Below, piece after piece: positions 1 to 8,351 of a DNA stretch of 64,000 nt (positions are counted from its first letter, which is position 1; each line of letters begins with the position of its first letter). Below the pieces are notes generated by a model, which did not search any database, was not told the DNA's origin, and saw nothing but the letters and a program-made list of their open reading frames with translations. The translations under genes and the position numbers were made by a program. This stretch comes from Candidatus Ratteibacteria bacterium (lineage in GTDB: Bacteria > Ratteibacteria > UBA8468 > B48-G9 > DTJG01): the NCBI GenBank assembly GCA_049971295.1, contig JBMFLH010000002.1, positions 15,240 through 79,239 of the forward strand. The letters are read 5' to 3'.

Positions 1-896
1 TTTCGTTAAGAGCACAGGATTATCTGTTACTCAAAAGAGCAAATCCTGCGGGGGTGAAATTTTATAATGTGGGACCATCATTAGGTTCAGAGTTTCTTGT
101 TTTCAATCAAAATTTGGACAGTAACATTCCTGAGTACAAAAAAGAATGGTTCAGAAATATAAATTTTAGAAGAGCTGTTTCCTGCGCGATTGACAGACAG
201 GCAATCATTAACAATATTTTTGCAGGTCTGGGATATCCTCTTTACGGACCAGTGAATGAATCTATTCAGGAGTTTTACAATCCCCGGATAAAAAAATTTC
301 CATATAACCTTGATGTGGCAAAAAAATATCTTGTTGAAGGTGGATTCAAAACAGGCAAAGATGGGCTTCTTTATGATTCAAAAGGGAATCAGGTTTCTTT
401 TTCACTCATTACCAACAGTAATAATTCTGAGAGGATTGAGCAGGCAAATTTGATAAGAAACGATCTTGAAAAACTTGGTATGAAGGTAAATTTTCTTCCG
501 GTTGATTTTAATTCTCTTGTTACCAGAATTAATGCAACGAAAGATTGGGAATCCGTCATCATTGGGTTGACAGGTGGCATTGATCCTCATTTCGGGAAGA
601 ATGTGTGGGTAACAACAGGGCATTTGCATTTATGGAATTTGGGTTCGTCAAGGTCTGTTTATGATTGGGAAAAGGAAGTTGATAGAATTTTTGAGGATGC
701 AGCAAGAGAGATGGACCAGAAAAAGCGGAAACTTCTTTATGACAGATGGCAGGAGTTGATATGCGAAAATCAGGTAATGATTTTTACTGCCACACAGGCA
801 GTTTTATATGCAGTAAAGGATCGATTTGGTAATTTGAAACCCACAGTCTATGGTGGACTGTTCCATAATATAGAAGAAATCTACATAAAAAACTGA
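1..896 (+). CDS. ABC transporter substrate-binding protein, family 5 (OppA/DppA-like), C-terminal portion; 5' end lies outside the window
   Basis: The frame is open from nt 3 through the stop at 894-896. The C-terminal SBP_bac_5-type sequence (FRRAVSCAIDRQAI, YNLDVAKKYL, periplasmic-binding-like composition) supports the call. The track start at 54 is a GTG inside a longer open frame. Confidence 0.65.
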   Translation, partial: SLRAQDYLLLKRANPAGVKFYNVGPSLGSEFLVFNQNLDSNIPEYKKEWFRNINFRRAVSCAIDRQAIINNIFAGLGYPLYGPVNESIQEFYNPRIKKFPYNLDVAKKYLVEGGFKTGKDGLLYDSKGNQVSFSLITNSNNSERIEQANLIRNDLEKLGMKVNFLPVDFNSLVTRINATKDWESVIIGLTGGIDPHFGKNVWVTTGHLHLWNLGSSRSVYDWEKEVDRIFEDAAREMDQKKRKLLYDRWQELICENQVMIFTATQAVLYAVKDRFGNLKPTVYGGLFHNIEEIYIKN

Positions 897-1411
897 TGCC
901 AGTATTGAGAATTATTTATGAAAGACAGGGTGTTGCCAGGTTTATATCCGTCAATTACATTGGTAAAATTTTTGAAAGAGCAATGAGAAGATTACAGATA
1001 AATTTGGAATTTTCTTATGGATATAGCCGCAGGGTTAGGATGACTCTTGGTCCGCCTGTTGCGGTTGGTATTTCTGGTGTTAACGAGGTGATTGACATAC
1101 ATGTGAAAGATAAAAATATTTCTCCTGATTTTATCAAAAACAGTTTGAATGAGATTCTACCTGAAGGTTTGAAGATTACAGGATGTCGTTATCTCATGGA
1201 TGGCGAAAAGTCACCACCTGAAATCAAGAAAGCACGATATGTGATTAGAGGATTTGCTGATATTACGGGCAATATCCCGGAGTCATGGAATGTCATCGGT
1301 AAAAATTCAGACATGATTGAAATTGAGATCTGGATTGAAAAATTTAGACACAGGGACCTTTTTGATATTTTTGGCACATCCTGCCTGATAGAAAGAAAAT
1401 TGATTTTTTGA
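896..1411 (+). CDS. DUF2344 / TIGR03936-like radical-SAM-linked protein
   Basis: Motif pattern ARFISVNYIGKIFERAMRRLQINLEFSYGYSRRVRMTLGPPVAVG matches the conserved core of the DUF2344 family. The start overlaps the upstream stop (TGATG). Confidence 0.45.
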   Translation: MPVLRIIYERQGVARFISVNYIGKIFERAMRRLQINLEFSYGYSRRVRMTLGPPVAVGISGVNEVIDIHVKDKNISPDFIKNSLNEILPEGLKITGCRYLMDGEKSPPEIKKARYVIRGFADITGNIPESWNVIGKNSDMIEIEIWIEKFRHRDLFDIFGTSCLIERKLIF

Positions 1412-1428
1412 GTAAATTCAGTATAATT
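1400..1428 (+). promoter_or_regulatory. Sigma70-like promoter TTGATT-17nt-TATAAT upstream of the sugar-acid operon
   Basis: TTGATT at 1400-1405, a 17-nt spacer and TATAAT at 1423-1428. An AGGAG RBS and the ATG at 1470 follow about 40 nt downstream. Confidence 0.4.
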
Positions 1429-1469
1429 TACTTAGATGTTTCCTGTTGCACGCTAATCCAGGAGCAATA

Positions 1470-2249
1470 ATGTCAATGAGATTTTCAATTTCAAAGAAGC
1501 ATGGCTTTGAAAAAAAGATCGTTTCACCGGGAAATTCTGACCTTAAATTCCTTTCGTTTAGTTATTTGTTTTCTGTATCTTCGCTCGAGTTTGAACAAAA
1601 CACTGAAGACGAAGAATGGTTATGGCTTATTATATCAGGAAAAATTAATGTTATGATAGGAGAGAATTGTTTCTGTATGGAAAGAAAGGAAGTGTTTAAT
1701 GACAAACCAGTTTCTTTATATATCCCTGCAGGAACGAAATATGCCATGAAATCTGAGGGGTTTTCAGAAGCAGTGGCAGTCTCTGCACCATCTGAAAGAA
1801 CATTTTCTCCTGTTTTTATTTCATCTGACGATATAAAAGTTCAAAGGGCAGGAAAATTGAATTATCAACGTTCAATTTTTAATATCGTGCCCCAGAATTT
1901 CCCTGCTTCCAAAATTATCGCAGGCGAGACAATTCATGATACTGGGCACTGGTCCTGTTTTCCGCCGCATAAGCATGATGAAGATAAAATGCCAGAAGAA
2001 AGCAAACATGAGGAACTATATTTCTTCAAATGTGAACCTGAAAAAACAGGCTTTGGAATGATGCGTGTTTACGACGACACACAGGATATTGCATTTCCAA
2101 TTCTTTCCAACGATGTCATTACTATTCCAAAAGGTTATCACCCAGTAAGTGTGATACCCGGTCATAAACTTTATTATTTCTGGGCGCTTGCTGGTGAAAA
2201 ACGGGCATTTCAAAGACACACACATCCGGATTACCTTGAGTATGAATAA
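1470..2249 (+). CDS. iolB: KduI/IolB-family cupin sugar isomerase, closest to 5-deoxy-glucuronate isomerase IolB
   Basis: Motifs SCFPPHKHDEDKMPEESKHEELYFF and IPKGYHPV resemble the IolB YPPHKHD...PEES...VP.GYHPV signature recalled from memory. Start assigned to the ATG at 1470, 7 nt after an AGGAG RBS; the track ORF begins at an upstream TTG at 1446. Confidence 0.6.
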   Translation: MSMRFSISKKHGFEKKIVSPGNSDLKFLSFSYLFSVSSLEFEQNTEDEEWLWLIISGKINVMIGENCFCMERKEVFNDKPVSLYIPAGTKYAMKSEGFSEAVAVSAPSERTFSPVFISSDDIKVQRAGKLNYQRSIFNIVPQNFPASKIIAGETIHDTGHWSCFPPHKHDEDKMPEESKHEELYFFKCEPEKTGFGMMRVYDDTQDIAFPILSNDVITIPKGYHPVSVIPGHKLYYFWALAGEKRAFQRHTHPDYLEYE

Positions 2250-2258
2250 AGGGGGCAT

Positions 2259-3086
2259 ATGAACAGGGAAAATATAGATTTATTTAATCTTAACGGAATG
2301 AGTGCTGTTGTAACTGGAGGAGCAGGAGTACTTGGATTCAGCATATGTACAGGACTGGCAGGTGCAGGAGCGTCTGTTGCCATCGCAGACATGAGAAATT
2401 TTAAAGAAGCAGCAGAACAATTAAAGAAAAAAGATCTTGATGCAGAAGGATTTTACATTGATGTACTGAAAAAAGACAAAATTATTGAGTGTGCGGAAGA
2501 GATTATGCAGAAATATAAAAAAATCGATATTCTTGTTAACTGTGCTGGAGGAAACTTAAAGGAAGCAACAACCTCTCCTGAACTAAGTTTTTTTGATCTT
2601 CCTCTTGAAGGTCTTGAAAAGGTTGTAGCGCTGAATTTATTCGGGGGAGCGATACTTCCATCTCAAGTATTTGGAAGGGAAATGGTAAAAAATCCTGATG
2701 GGGGGTCCATTATCAATATATCCTCCATGAATGCTTTCAGACCGCTGACGAGAATTCCTGGTTATTCTGCAGCAAAAGCAGCAGTAAGTAATTTTACCCA
2801 ATGGCTCGCAGTGCATTTTGCTATGGAATACAACAAACTGTTAAGGGTTAATGCAATAGCGCCTGGTTTTTTTCTTACTCAACAAAATCGGTATCTTCTT
2901 ACAGATGAAAACAATAATCTCACACCAAGGGGCCAGTCAATTATTAACCACACTCCAATGGGAAGATTTGGTGAACCTGATGATTTAATTGGTACCTGCA
3001 TATGGCTTGCATCAAGAGCATCAAGGTTTGTTACAGGAGTCGTAATTCCAGTTGATGGTGGCTTTAACGCATATTCGGGTGTTTGA
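2259..3086 (+). CDS. SDR-family NAD(P)-dependent oxidoreductase (sugar or sugar-acid dehydrogenase-like)
   Basis: Gly-rich TGGAGVLG cofactor motif and a catalytic S...YSAAK SDR region. RBS AAGGGGG lies before the ATG. Confidence 0.75.
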   Translation: MNRENIDLFNLNGMSAVVTGGAGVLGFSICTGLAGAGASVAIADMRNFKEAAEQLKKKDLDAEGFYIDVLKKDKIIECAEEIMQKYKKIDILVNCAGGNLKEATTSPELSFFDLPLEGLEKVVALNLFGGAILPSQVFGREMVKNPDGGSIINISSMNAFRPLTRIPGYSAAKAAVSNFTQWLAVHFAMEYNKLLRVNAIAPGFFLTQQNRYLLTDENNNLTPRGQSIINHTPMGRFGEPDDLIGTCIWLASRASRFVTGVVIPVDGGFNAYSGV

Positions 3087-3109
3087 TTTTTAACAGAAAG
3101 GAGCAGAAA

Positions 3110-4597
3110 ATGAAAAAAGCAAATATTGCGATTATTGGAATGGAAGTAATGGGAAGAAGCCTTGCACTTAATATGGAAAGCAAAGGTTATGTTGTGGCGG
3201 TTTATAACAGAACAGCAGAAAAAACAAAGGCGTTTGTAGAAGGTCCTGCCAGAGGTAAGAATATTATCCCTGCATATGAATTGAAAGACCTGGTTGATTC
3301 TCTTGAAAGTCCAAAAAAGATTATGCTAATGGTAAAAGAAGGCCAGCCAGTGGATAACTTTATAGAAACGCTTCTCCCTTACCTGAAGCCAGGAGATCTT
3401 ATTATTGATGGGGGTAATTCATTCTTTAAGGACACAATCAGAAGAAACAAAATGCTGTCAGAAAAAGGGATTCTTTTTATTGGAACAGGCGTTTCAGGAG
3501 GAGAAGAGGGTGCACTGAAAGGACCTGCTATTATGCCTGGAGGACAGAAGGAAGCATATGACCTTGTAGAGAAAATATTCAGGGATATTGCGGCAAAGGC
3601 ATATGACGGTGAGCCGTGTGTTGATTACATAGGCCCTGATGGAGCAGGGCACTTTGTGAAAACCATTCATAATGGAATTGAGTACGGTGATATGCAGTTG
3701 ATTGGCGAGGTCGTTTGGTTTTTTAAAAACATTGGAATGAAAGCAGATGAAATTGCTGACATTATGGCAAAATGGAATGATAAGGACGATAGTTTGAGGT
3801 CATACCTGATAGAAATCACTGCTGACAGTATGAAACAGAAACATCAGGGGTCTGACGAATTTCTTGTTGACAGGGTTGCTGACATTACGAGAATGAAAGG
3901 GACTGGTACATGGACTGTTCATAGCGCACTGGAACTATTGGTGCCGATTCCAACGATTGCTGCAGCAGTATTTTCAAGGGAAATGTCTCAGGATAAAGAT
4001 TTGCGACTTGCGATGGCAAAAAAATTAATAATACCATTCGGCAAATTCAATGGTGACAGAAAAGAAATTATTGAAACAGCTCACGATGCACTGTACATAG
4101 CCAAGATTTCGTCGTATGCTCAGGGAATTGCTCTGCTTCAAGCTGCTTCTAAAGAATACAATTTTCAATTGAATATTGGCAGAATTGCAAAGATATGGCG
4201 TGCAGGATGCATCATCAGGGCTCAATTTCTTGATGAGATTACCAAAGCGTATGAATCTGACCCTGACCTTCCCAATCTTATTGCTGCGCCAAAATTTGCC
4301 AGTTTCGTCGAAGCCAACGCATGGAAACTTGCAAAATTCATTGATGTGGCGCACCAGTGTGGAGTGCCTGTTCTGGCTATGAGCGGTTCGCTTGATTACA
4401 TTATGCAGCTTACATCACCTGTGATGCCATCTGCTCAGGTTTCTGCTCTTCAAAGAGATTACTTCGGTGCCCATGGTTATTTCAAAATTGGTGGGCCGAA
4501 TGACCCTGAACTTGTTGTAAATGAACAGGGAAAGGTGCGTGAATTCCATACCGAATGGTTGCTCCCAGGAAGACCAGAAAGAGAAATTACAAAGTAA
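3110..4597 (+). CDS. gnd: 6-phosphogluconate dehydrogenase, decarboxylating
   Basis: N-terminal IAIIGMEVMGRSLALN Rossmann motif, GTGVSGGEEGA, and the full-length C-terminal 6PGD domain. Start placed at the ATG at 3110, after an AAAGGAG RBS. Confidence 0.85.
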   Translation: MKKANIAIIGMEVMGRSLALNMESKGYVVAVYNRTAEKTKAFVEGPARGKNIIPAYELKDLVDSLESPKKIMLMVKEGQPVDNFIETLLPYLKPGDLIIDGGNSFFKDTIRRNKMLSEKGILFIGTGVSGGEEGALKGPAIMPGGQKEAYDLVEKIFRDIAAKAYDGEPCVDYIGPDGAGHFVKTIHNGIEYGDMQLIGEVVWFFKNIGMKADEIADIMAKWNDKDDSLRSYLIEITADSMKQKHQGSDEFLVDRVADITRMKGTGTWTVHSALELLVPIPTIAAAVFSREMSQDKDLRLAMAKKLIIPFGKFNGDRKEIIETAHDALYIAKISSYAQGIALLQAASKEYNFQLNIGRIAKIWRAGCIIRAQFLDEITKAYESDPDLPNLIAAPKFASFVEANAWKLAKFIDVAHQCGVPVLAMSGSLDYIMQLTSPVMPSAQVSALQRDYFGAHGYFKIGGPNDPELVVNEQGKVREFHTEWLLPGRPEREITK

Positions 4598-4650
4598 ATA
4601 AGGAACAAGGTCTTAATTTTGGAAGCAATTTACCGGTTTTATCATTGCAT

Positions 4651-5691
4651 ATGTTTGAAAAACTTGTAAAACATAAATTGCAGGAAGATCCGCAAGAATA
4701 TTTAAAAACGTTTAAAAGAACAAGAGATTTTCTTGTGGCAATTGATACGGATGGATGTATTGCTGATAACATGAATGCTAAACAGATGTTAATATTCCAT
4801 CCGTTATACATGGAATTTTATCAACTGTGGGAAATTGAGTCCTACTTCAGAGAGGTTGCAGAATTTTACAATCTTTTTTCTGTTCACAGGGGTAGCAACA
4901 GGTTTATTGCTGTCAGATTAACATTGATTGCTTTAAGCAACCGGCAGGATGTGCGGACTGAAGTAAACAAACTGAATGTGACTCTGCCAGAAGCTGAATC
5001 TGTTGACCAATATATTGAATTCTGCAGAAAGAGACACTGTGGCATGGGAAATGTTTCTCTGGACCAATTTCTCTCAACACGACCTTTTGATTTCGAACTT
5101 TATAAACTATCAGGATGGAGTCAGGCGGTTAATAAGGCACTTGGCTGTATTGTTGATAAAATTCAACCTTTTGAAAATGTGAGGGAGTGTCTTGAAATAA
5201 TTTACAATCACGCAGACATTGCTGTGATTTCTCAAACTCCTCATGAAGATTTATTTAATTACTGGAATACTCACGGTCTTTTGAAATATGTAAAAATGAT
5301 CTGTGGCCAGGAGATGGGGAGCAAAGCGCATCATATAGAGATGTTAAAAAAGATCGGTAAATACTCTGATGATGCAGTGCTAATGATTGGCGATGCTCCT
5401 GGAGATTTTGAGGCGATTAAGAAAAATCACGGACTTTTTTATCCTGTTACGCCTGGAAGTGAAAATGAATCATGGAAAAAATTTCCAGAGGCGTTCGAAC
5501 TGTTTTTGATGGGTAAGTATCAGGTGGAATTGGAGAAACAATTGATTAATGAATTTTCAAGAAAATTACCTGATACGCCACCGTGGCAAAAACAGGATTA
5601 TGACCATATCGCTTCTTACAGAAAAAATCAGGAAATCAGGAAATCTCTTTATAAACAATTTAATCCTGATGGGAGGTTACTTATTTTATGA
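4651..5691 (+). CDS. HAD-superfamily hydrolase (putative sugar-phosphate phosphatase)
   Basis: HAD motif I-like AIDTDGCI and motif IV MIGDAPGD. The start could instead be the ATG at 4555, which overlaps gnd by 43 nt. Confidence 0.45.
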   Translation: MFEKLVKHKLQEDPQEYLKTFKRTRDFLVAIDTDGCIADNMNAKQMLIFHPLYMEFYQLWEIESYFREVAEFYNLFSVHRGSNRFIAVRLTLIALSNRQDVRTEVNKLNVTLPEAESVDQYIEFCRKRHCGMGNVSLDQFLSTRPFDFELYKLSGWSQAVNKALGCIVDKIQPFENVRECLEIIYNHADIAVISQTPHEDLFNYWNTHGLLKYVKMICGQEMGSKAHHIEMLKKIGKYSDDAVLMIGDAPGDFEAIKKNHGLFYPVTPGSENESWKKFPEAFELFLMGKYQVELEKQLINEFSRKLPDTPPWQKQDYDHIASYRKNQEIRKSLYKQFNPDGRLLIL

Positions 5692-6974
5692 AAATAGGCA
5701 CAGGCAATAGGAATGAGGTTCTGTCTGAACAAAAATTTATCTCTATTTTGCAGGATATCGTGATTTCTCTTGGACTGGAGAAAAAGCAAAAGGTTCTGGC
5801 CATTATACCTGATGGTACACGTTCAGGTCCAACTGGAACTGTTTTCAGAACCATTGTTGACACTCTTTACCAGCGGGTCAAAAAGCTGGATTTTATGATC
5901 GCTCTTGGAACTCATCCAGTAATGGTGCGGGAAAACATTGAAAAATTACTTGGTATTAACTGTGAGAAGTTCCAGGAAAAATATCCGCATACGCAGATAT
6001 TTCAACATTGCTGGGATGATGAGAAAACAATAGTGGAAATTGGCACCATTACAGCCAGCGAAATTTTGAAAATTTCTCATGGCCTTTTGAACGAAGATAT
6101 TCCTGTGACAATTAACAGAGCTATACTTGATTATGACCACATAATCCTTGCAGGACCTGTTTTTCCTCACGAGGTTGTTGGATTTTCTGGCGGATATAAG
6201 TATCTTTTTCCTGGAGTTTCGGGCCCTCATTTTCTTCACAAGTTTCACTGGCTTGGCGCTTTGATTACAAATCCTAAAATCAATGGCGTGAAAAATACTC
6301 CTGTAAGAGAAGCAATAAACAGAGCAGTTTCTTTTATAAGAAAGCCAATCACACAGATATGTTACGTCGTTAAGGAAAAAAAGGTCTATGGAATATTTGC
6401 AGGAGACAACGAGGCATGGTCTGCTGCCGCAGATCTATCATCACAGTTGAATATTGAATATGTTGACAGGAATTATAAAGAGGTGCTTTCAATAGCGCCA
6501 GTGATGTATGATGACATATGGACTGCTGGCAAATGTATGTATAAACTTGAACCGATTGTTTCTGATGGAGGAAACTTAATTATCTACGCTCCAAATATTA
6601 CAGAGGTTTCTTATACCCACGGAAAGTATATCAGGCAGGTCGGATATCATACGCGTGATTATTTTCTCAAACAATGGGAAAAATTTAAGAATTTTCCGGG
6701 TGGAATTCTCGCTCATTCCACTCATGTCAAGGGTATCGGTACTTTTATCAATGGAATTGAAACTCCAAGAATCAATGTTTATCTTGCAACTGGCATCAGT
6801 AAGGAGGTGTGCCAGCAGATTAACCTTGGCTACATCAATCCCATTGAAATCAATATTGATGATTTCCGAAAAAAACAGGATACTCTTGTTGTGGAAAATG
6901 CAGGAGAGGTGCTATTCAGGTTGAAAAGTGGCCAGATTCCTGACATCGACAAACTTTACGAGAAACAAAAATGA
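5688..6974 (+). CDS. LarA-family (DUF2088) nickel-pincer-nucleotide-dependent racemase/epimerase homolog
   Basis: IIPDGTRSGP, ALGTHPVM and VFPHEVVGFSGGYKYLFPGVSGPHFLHKFH align with the LarA PD.TRP / GSH / PHFFAGFSGGRKS active-site motifs, and the catalytic Lys and His are retained. ATGA overlap with the upstream gene and a GGGAGG RBS. Confidence 0.65.
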   Translation: MKIGTGNRNEVLSEQKFISILQDIVISLGLEKKQKVLAIIPDGTRSGPTGTVFRTIVDTLYQRVKKLDFMIALGTHPVMVRENIEKLLGINCEKFQEKYPHTQIFQHCWDDEKTIVEIGTITASEILKISHGLLNEDIPVTINRAILDYDHIILAGPVFPHEVVGFSGGYKYLFPGVSGPHFLHKFHWLGALITNPKINGVKNTPVREAINRAVSFIRKPITQICYVVKEKKVYGIFAGDNEAWSAAADLSSQLNIEYVDRNYKEVLSIAPVMYDDIWTAGKCMYKLEPIVSDGGNLIIYAPNITEVSYTHGKYIRQVGYHTRDYFLKQWEKFKNFPGGILAHSTHVKGIGTFINGIETPRINVYLATGISKEVCQQINLGYINPIEINIDDFRKKQDTLVVENAGEVLFRLKSGQIPDIDKLYEKQK

Positions 6975-8341
6975 GTTATTTATTCAAAAAACAATATCCG
7001 GATTTTAGATTTTTTGAAAGTTCATTAAGAAAATATGGTGACGATTATTATTTTGTTGCTGAAAAAAATGGAAAAATGTATCTGGTTGTGGGAAACAAAT
7101 CCTTTCAGTTTATTGAATATGAGAAATCATCTGAAATATTAAGGAAAACATTTTCATTTCTCACGCCGGTCTGTGCGGGCATGAAGAATTCTTTTGGTTT
7201 TGGAGACAGGACGGGTTTTGCAACTCCAGGGCACATCCGTGCGGTAAAGGGAAGTGAGTTTTTCCCGATTTTTGCACAGCAATCAGCAAGAGAACTTGAA
7301 AGAACAGGAAGAACATTCAAACAGGTTCTTGACGATGTGATATTTTGGTGTTTTGCCTTCGGCTGGACAGATGGTTTTGGAGCAGATGCTGACCATGCGA
7401 AAAGTTTTGATGTTTTACAACAGGCGATTTCTGCTGGTTACACATTTTTCACCATTGACCCTTCTGATAAAATCAAAAACCCATCAGATACATCATCATG
7501 TGAAAGGCATGGTATTGACAGATACATCAAGGAATACTCTGGTAAGAATTTTGCATGTAGTGGCTTTTCTTTTGTTTTCACTGAAGAAATGGTTTCTGAC
7601 CTCGCCATTACATATGGGAGAGCTATTGATTTTATCGAGGAGTGTTATTCATTTATTTCTGACAAAAAAAAGAATTTTGATTTTGAAATTTCGGTCGATG
7701 AAACAAAAGTTCCAACAACTCCTTATGCTCATGCGTTTATTGTTATGGAACTCCAAAAGAGAAATGTTGAATTTAATGGTTTGGCTTTGCGTTTTCCTGG
7801 AAGGTTTGAAAAAGGGATCGACTACATTGGAAATATGAATGAACTTGCCAGAGAACTTGAAATTCATAACGAGATACGGAATCATCTTGGACCGTATAAG
7901 ATTTCACTTCACTCTGGAAGCGACAAATTCAGTATTTATGGTACATTCAAAAAAATACTTGGAAGCATGTTTCATGTGAAAACATCAGGGACATCATGGA
8001 TTCAGTCAATGAAAACCGTTGCAGCAGTTGACAGAGAATTTTTTATAAAGTGTTTGGAAGTGGCGCTGAAGGATTTTGAAAAAAATTCAAAGTCATATGA
8101 AATTTCGGCAGACATTTCAAAATTGAATTTAGAAAAAATAAGAAATGAAAATCTTGATGAAATATTTTCCGATCATCATATCAGGCAGTTAATTCATATC
8201 AGTTATGGAAGTATTATTGGAAGCGCGCCTGAAAGTCAAAAAATGAAACAACACTACTACACCCTGATTGAAAAAAACTATGAACTTTATTTTCGTTTTG
8301 TTGAAGAACACCTGAAAAAACATATTCAACTGCTTATATGA
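6971..8341 (+). CDS. Putative sugar epimerase resembling the tagaturonate/fructuronate epimerase (UxaE) family
   Basis: Motifs SFGFGDRTGFATPGH and LHSGSDKFS are reminiscent of the UxaE family, recalled rather than searched. 456 aa, translationally coupled (ATGA) to the LarA homolog. Confidence 0.35.
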   Translation: MSYLFKKQYPDFRFFESSLRKYGDDYYFVAEKNGKMYLVVGNKSFQFIEYEKSSEILRKTFSFLTPVCAGMKNSFGFGDRTGFATPGHIRAVKGSEFFPIFAQQSARELERTGRTFKQVLDDVIFWCFAFGWTDGFGADADHAKSFDVLQQAISAGYTFFTIDPSDKIKNPSDTSSCERHGIDRYIKEYSGKNFACSGFSFVFTEEMVSDLAITYGRAIDFIEECYSFISDKKKNFDFEISVDETKVPTTPYAHAFIVMELQKRNVEFNGLALRFPGRFEKGIDYIGNMNELARELEIHNEIRNHLGPYKISLHSGSDKFSIYGTFKKILGSMFHVKTSGTSWIQSMKTVAAVDREFFIKCLEVALKDFEKNSKSYEISADISKLNLEKIRNENLDEIFSDHHIRQLIHISYGSIIGSAPESQKMKQHYYTLIEKNYELYFRFVEEHLKKHIQLLI

Positions 8342-8351
8342 AAGGAGAAAT

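Noticed and set aside
4555-4650. Upstream ATG at 4555 as the start of the HAD hydrolase gene
   Set aside because: It would overlap gnd by 43 nt and has no RBS. The ATG at 4651 leaves a normal gap. Not fully excluded, since the HAD motif I then sits about 33 residues from the N-terminus.
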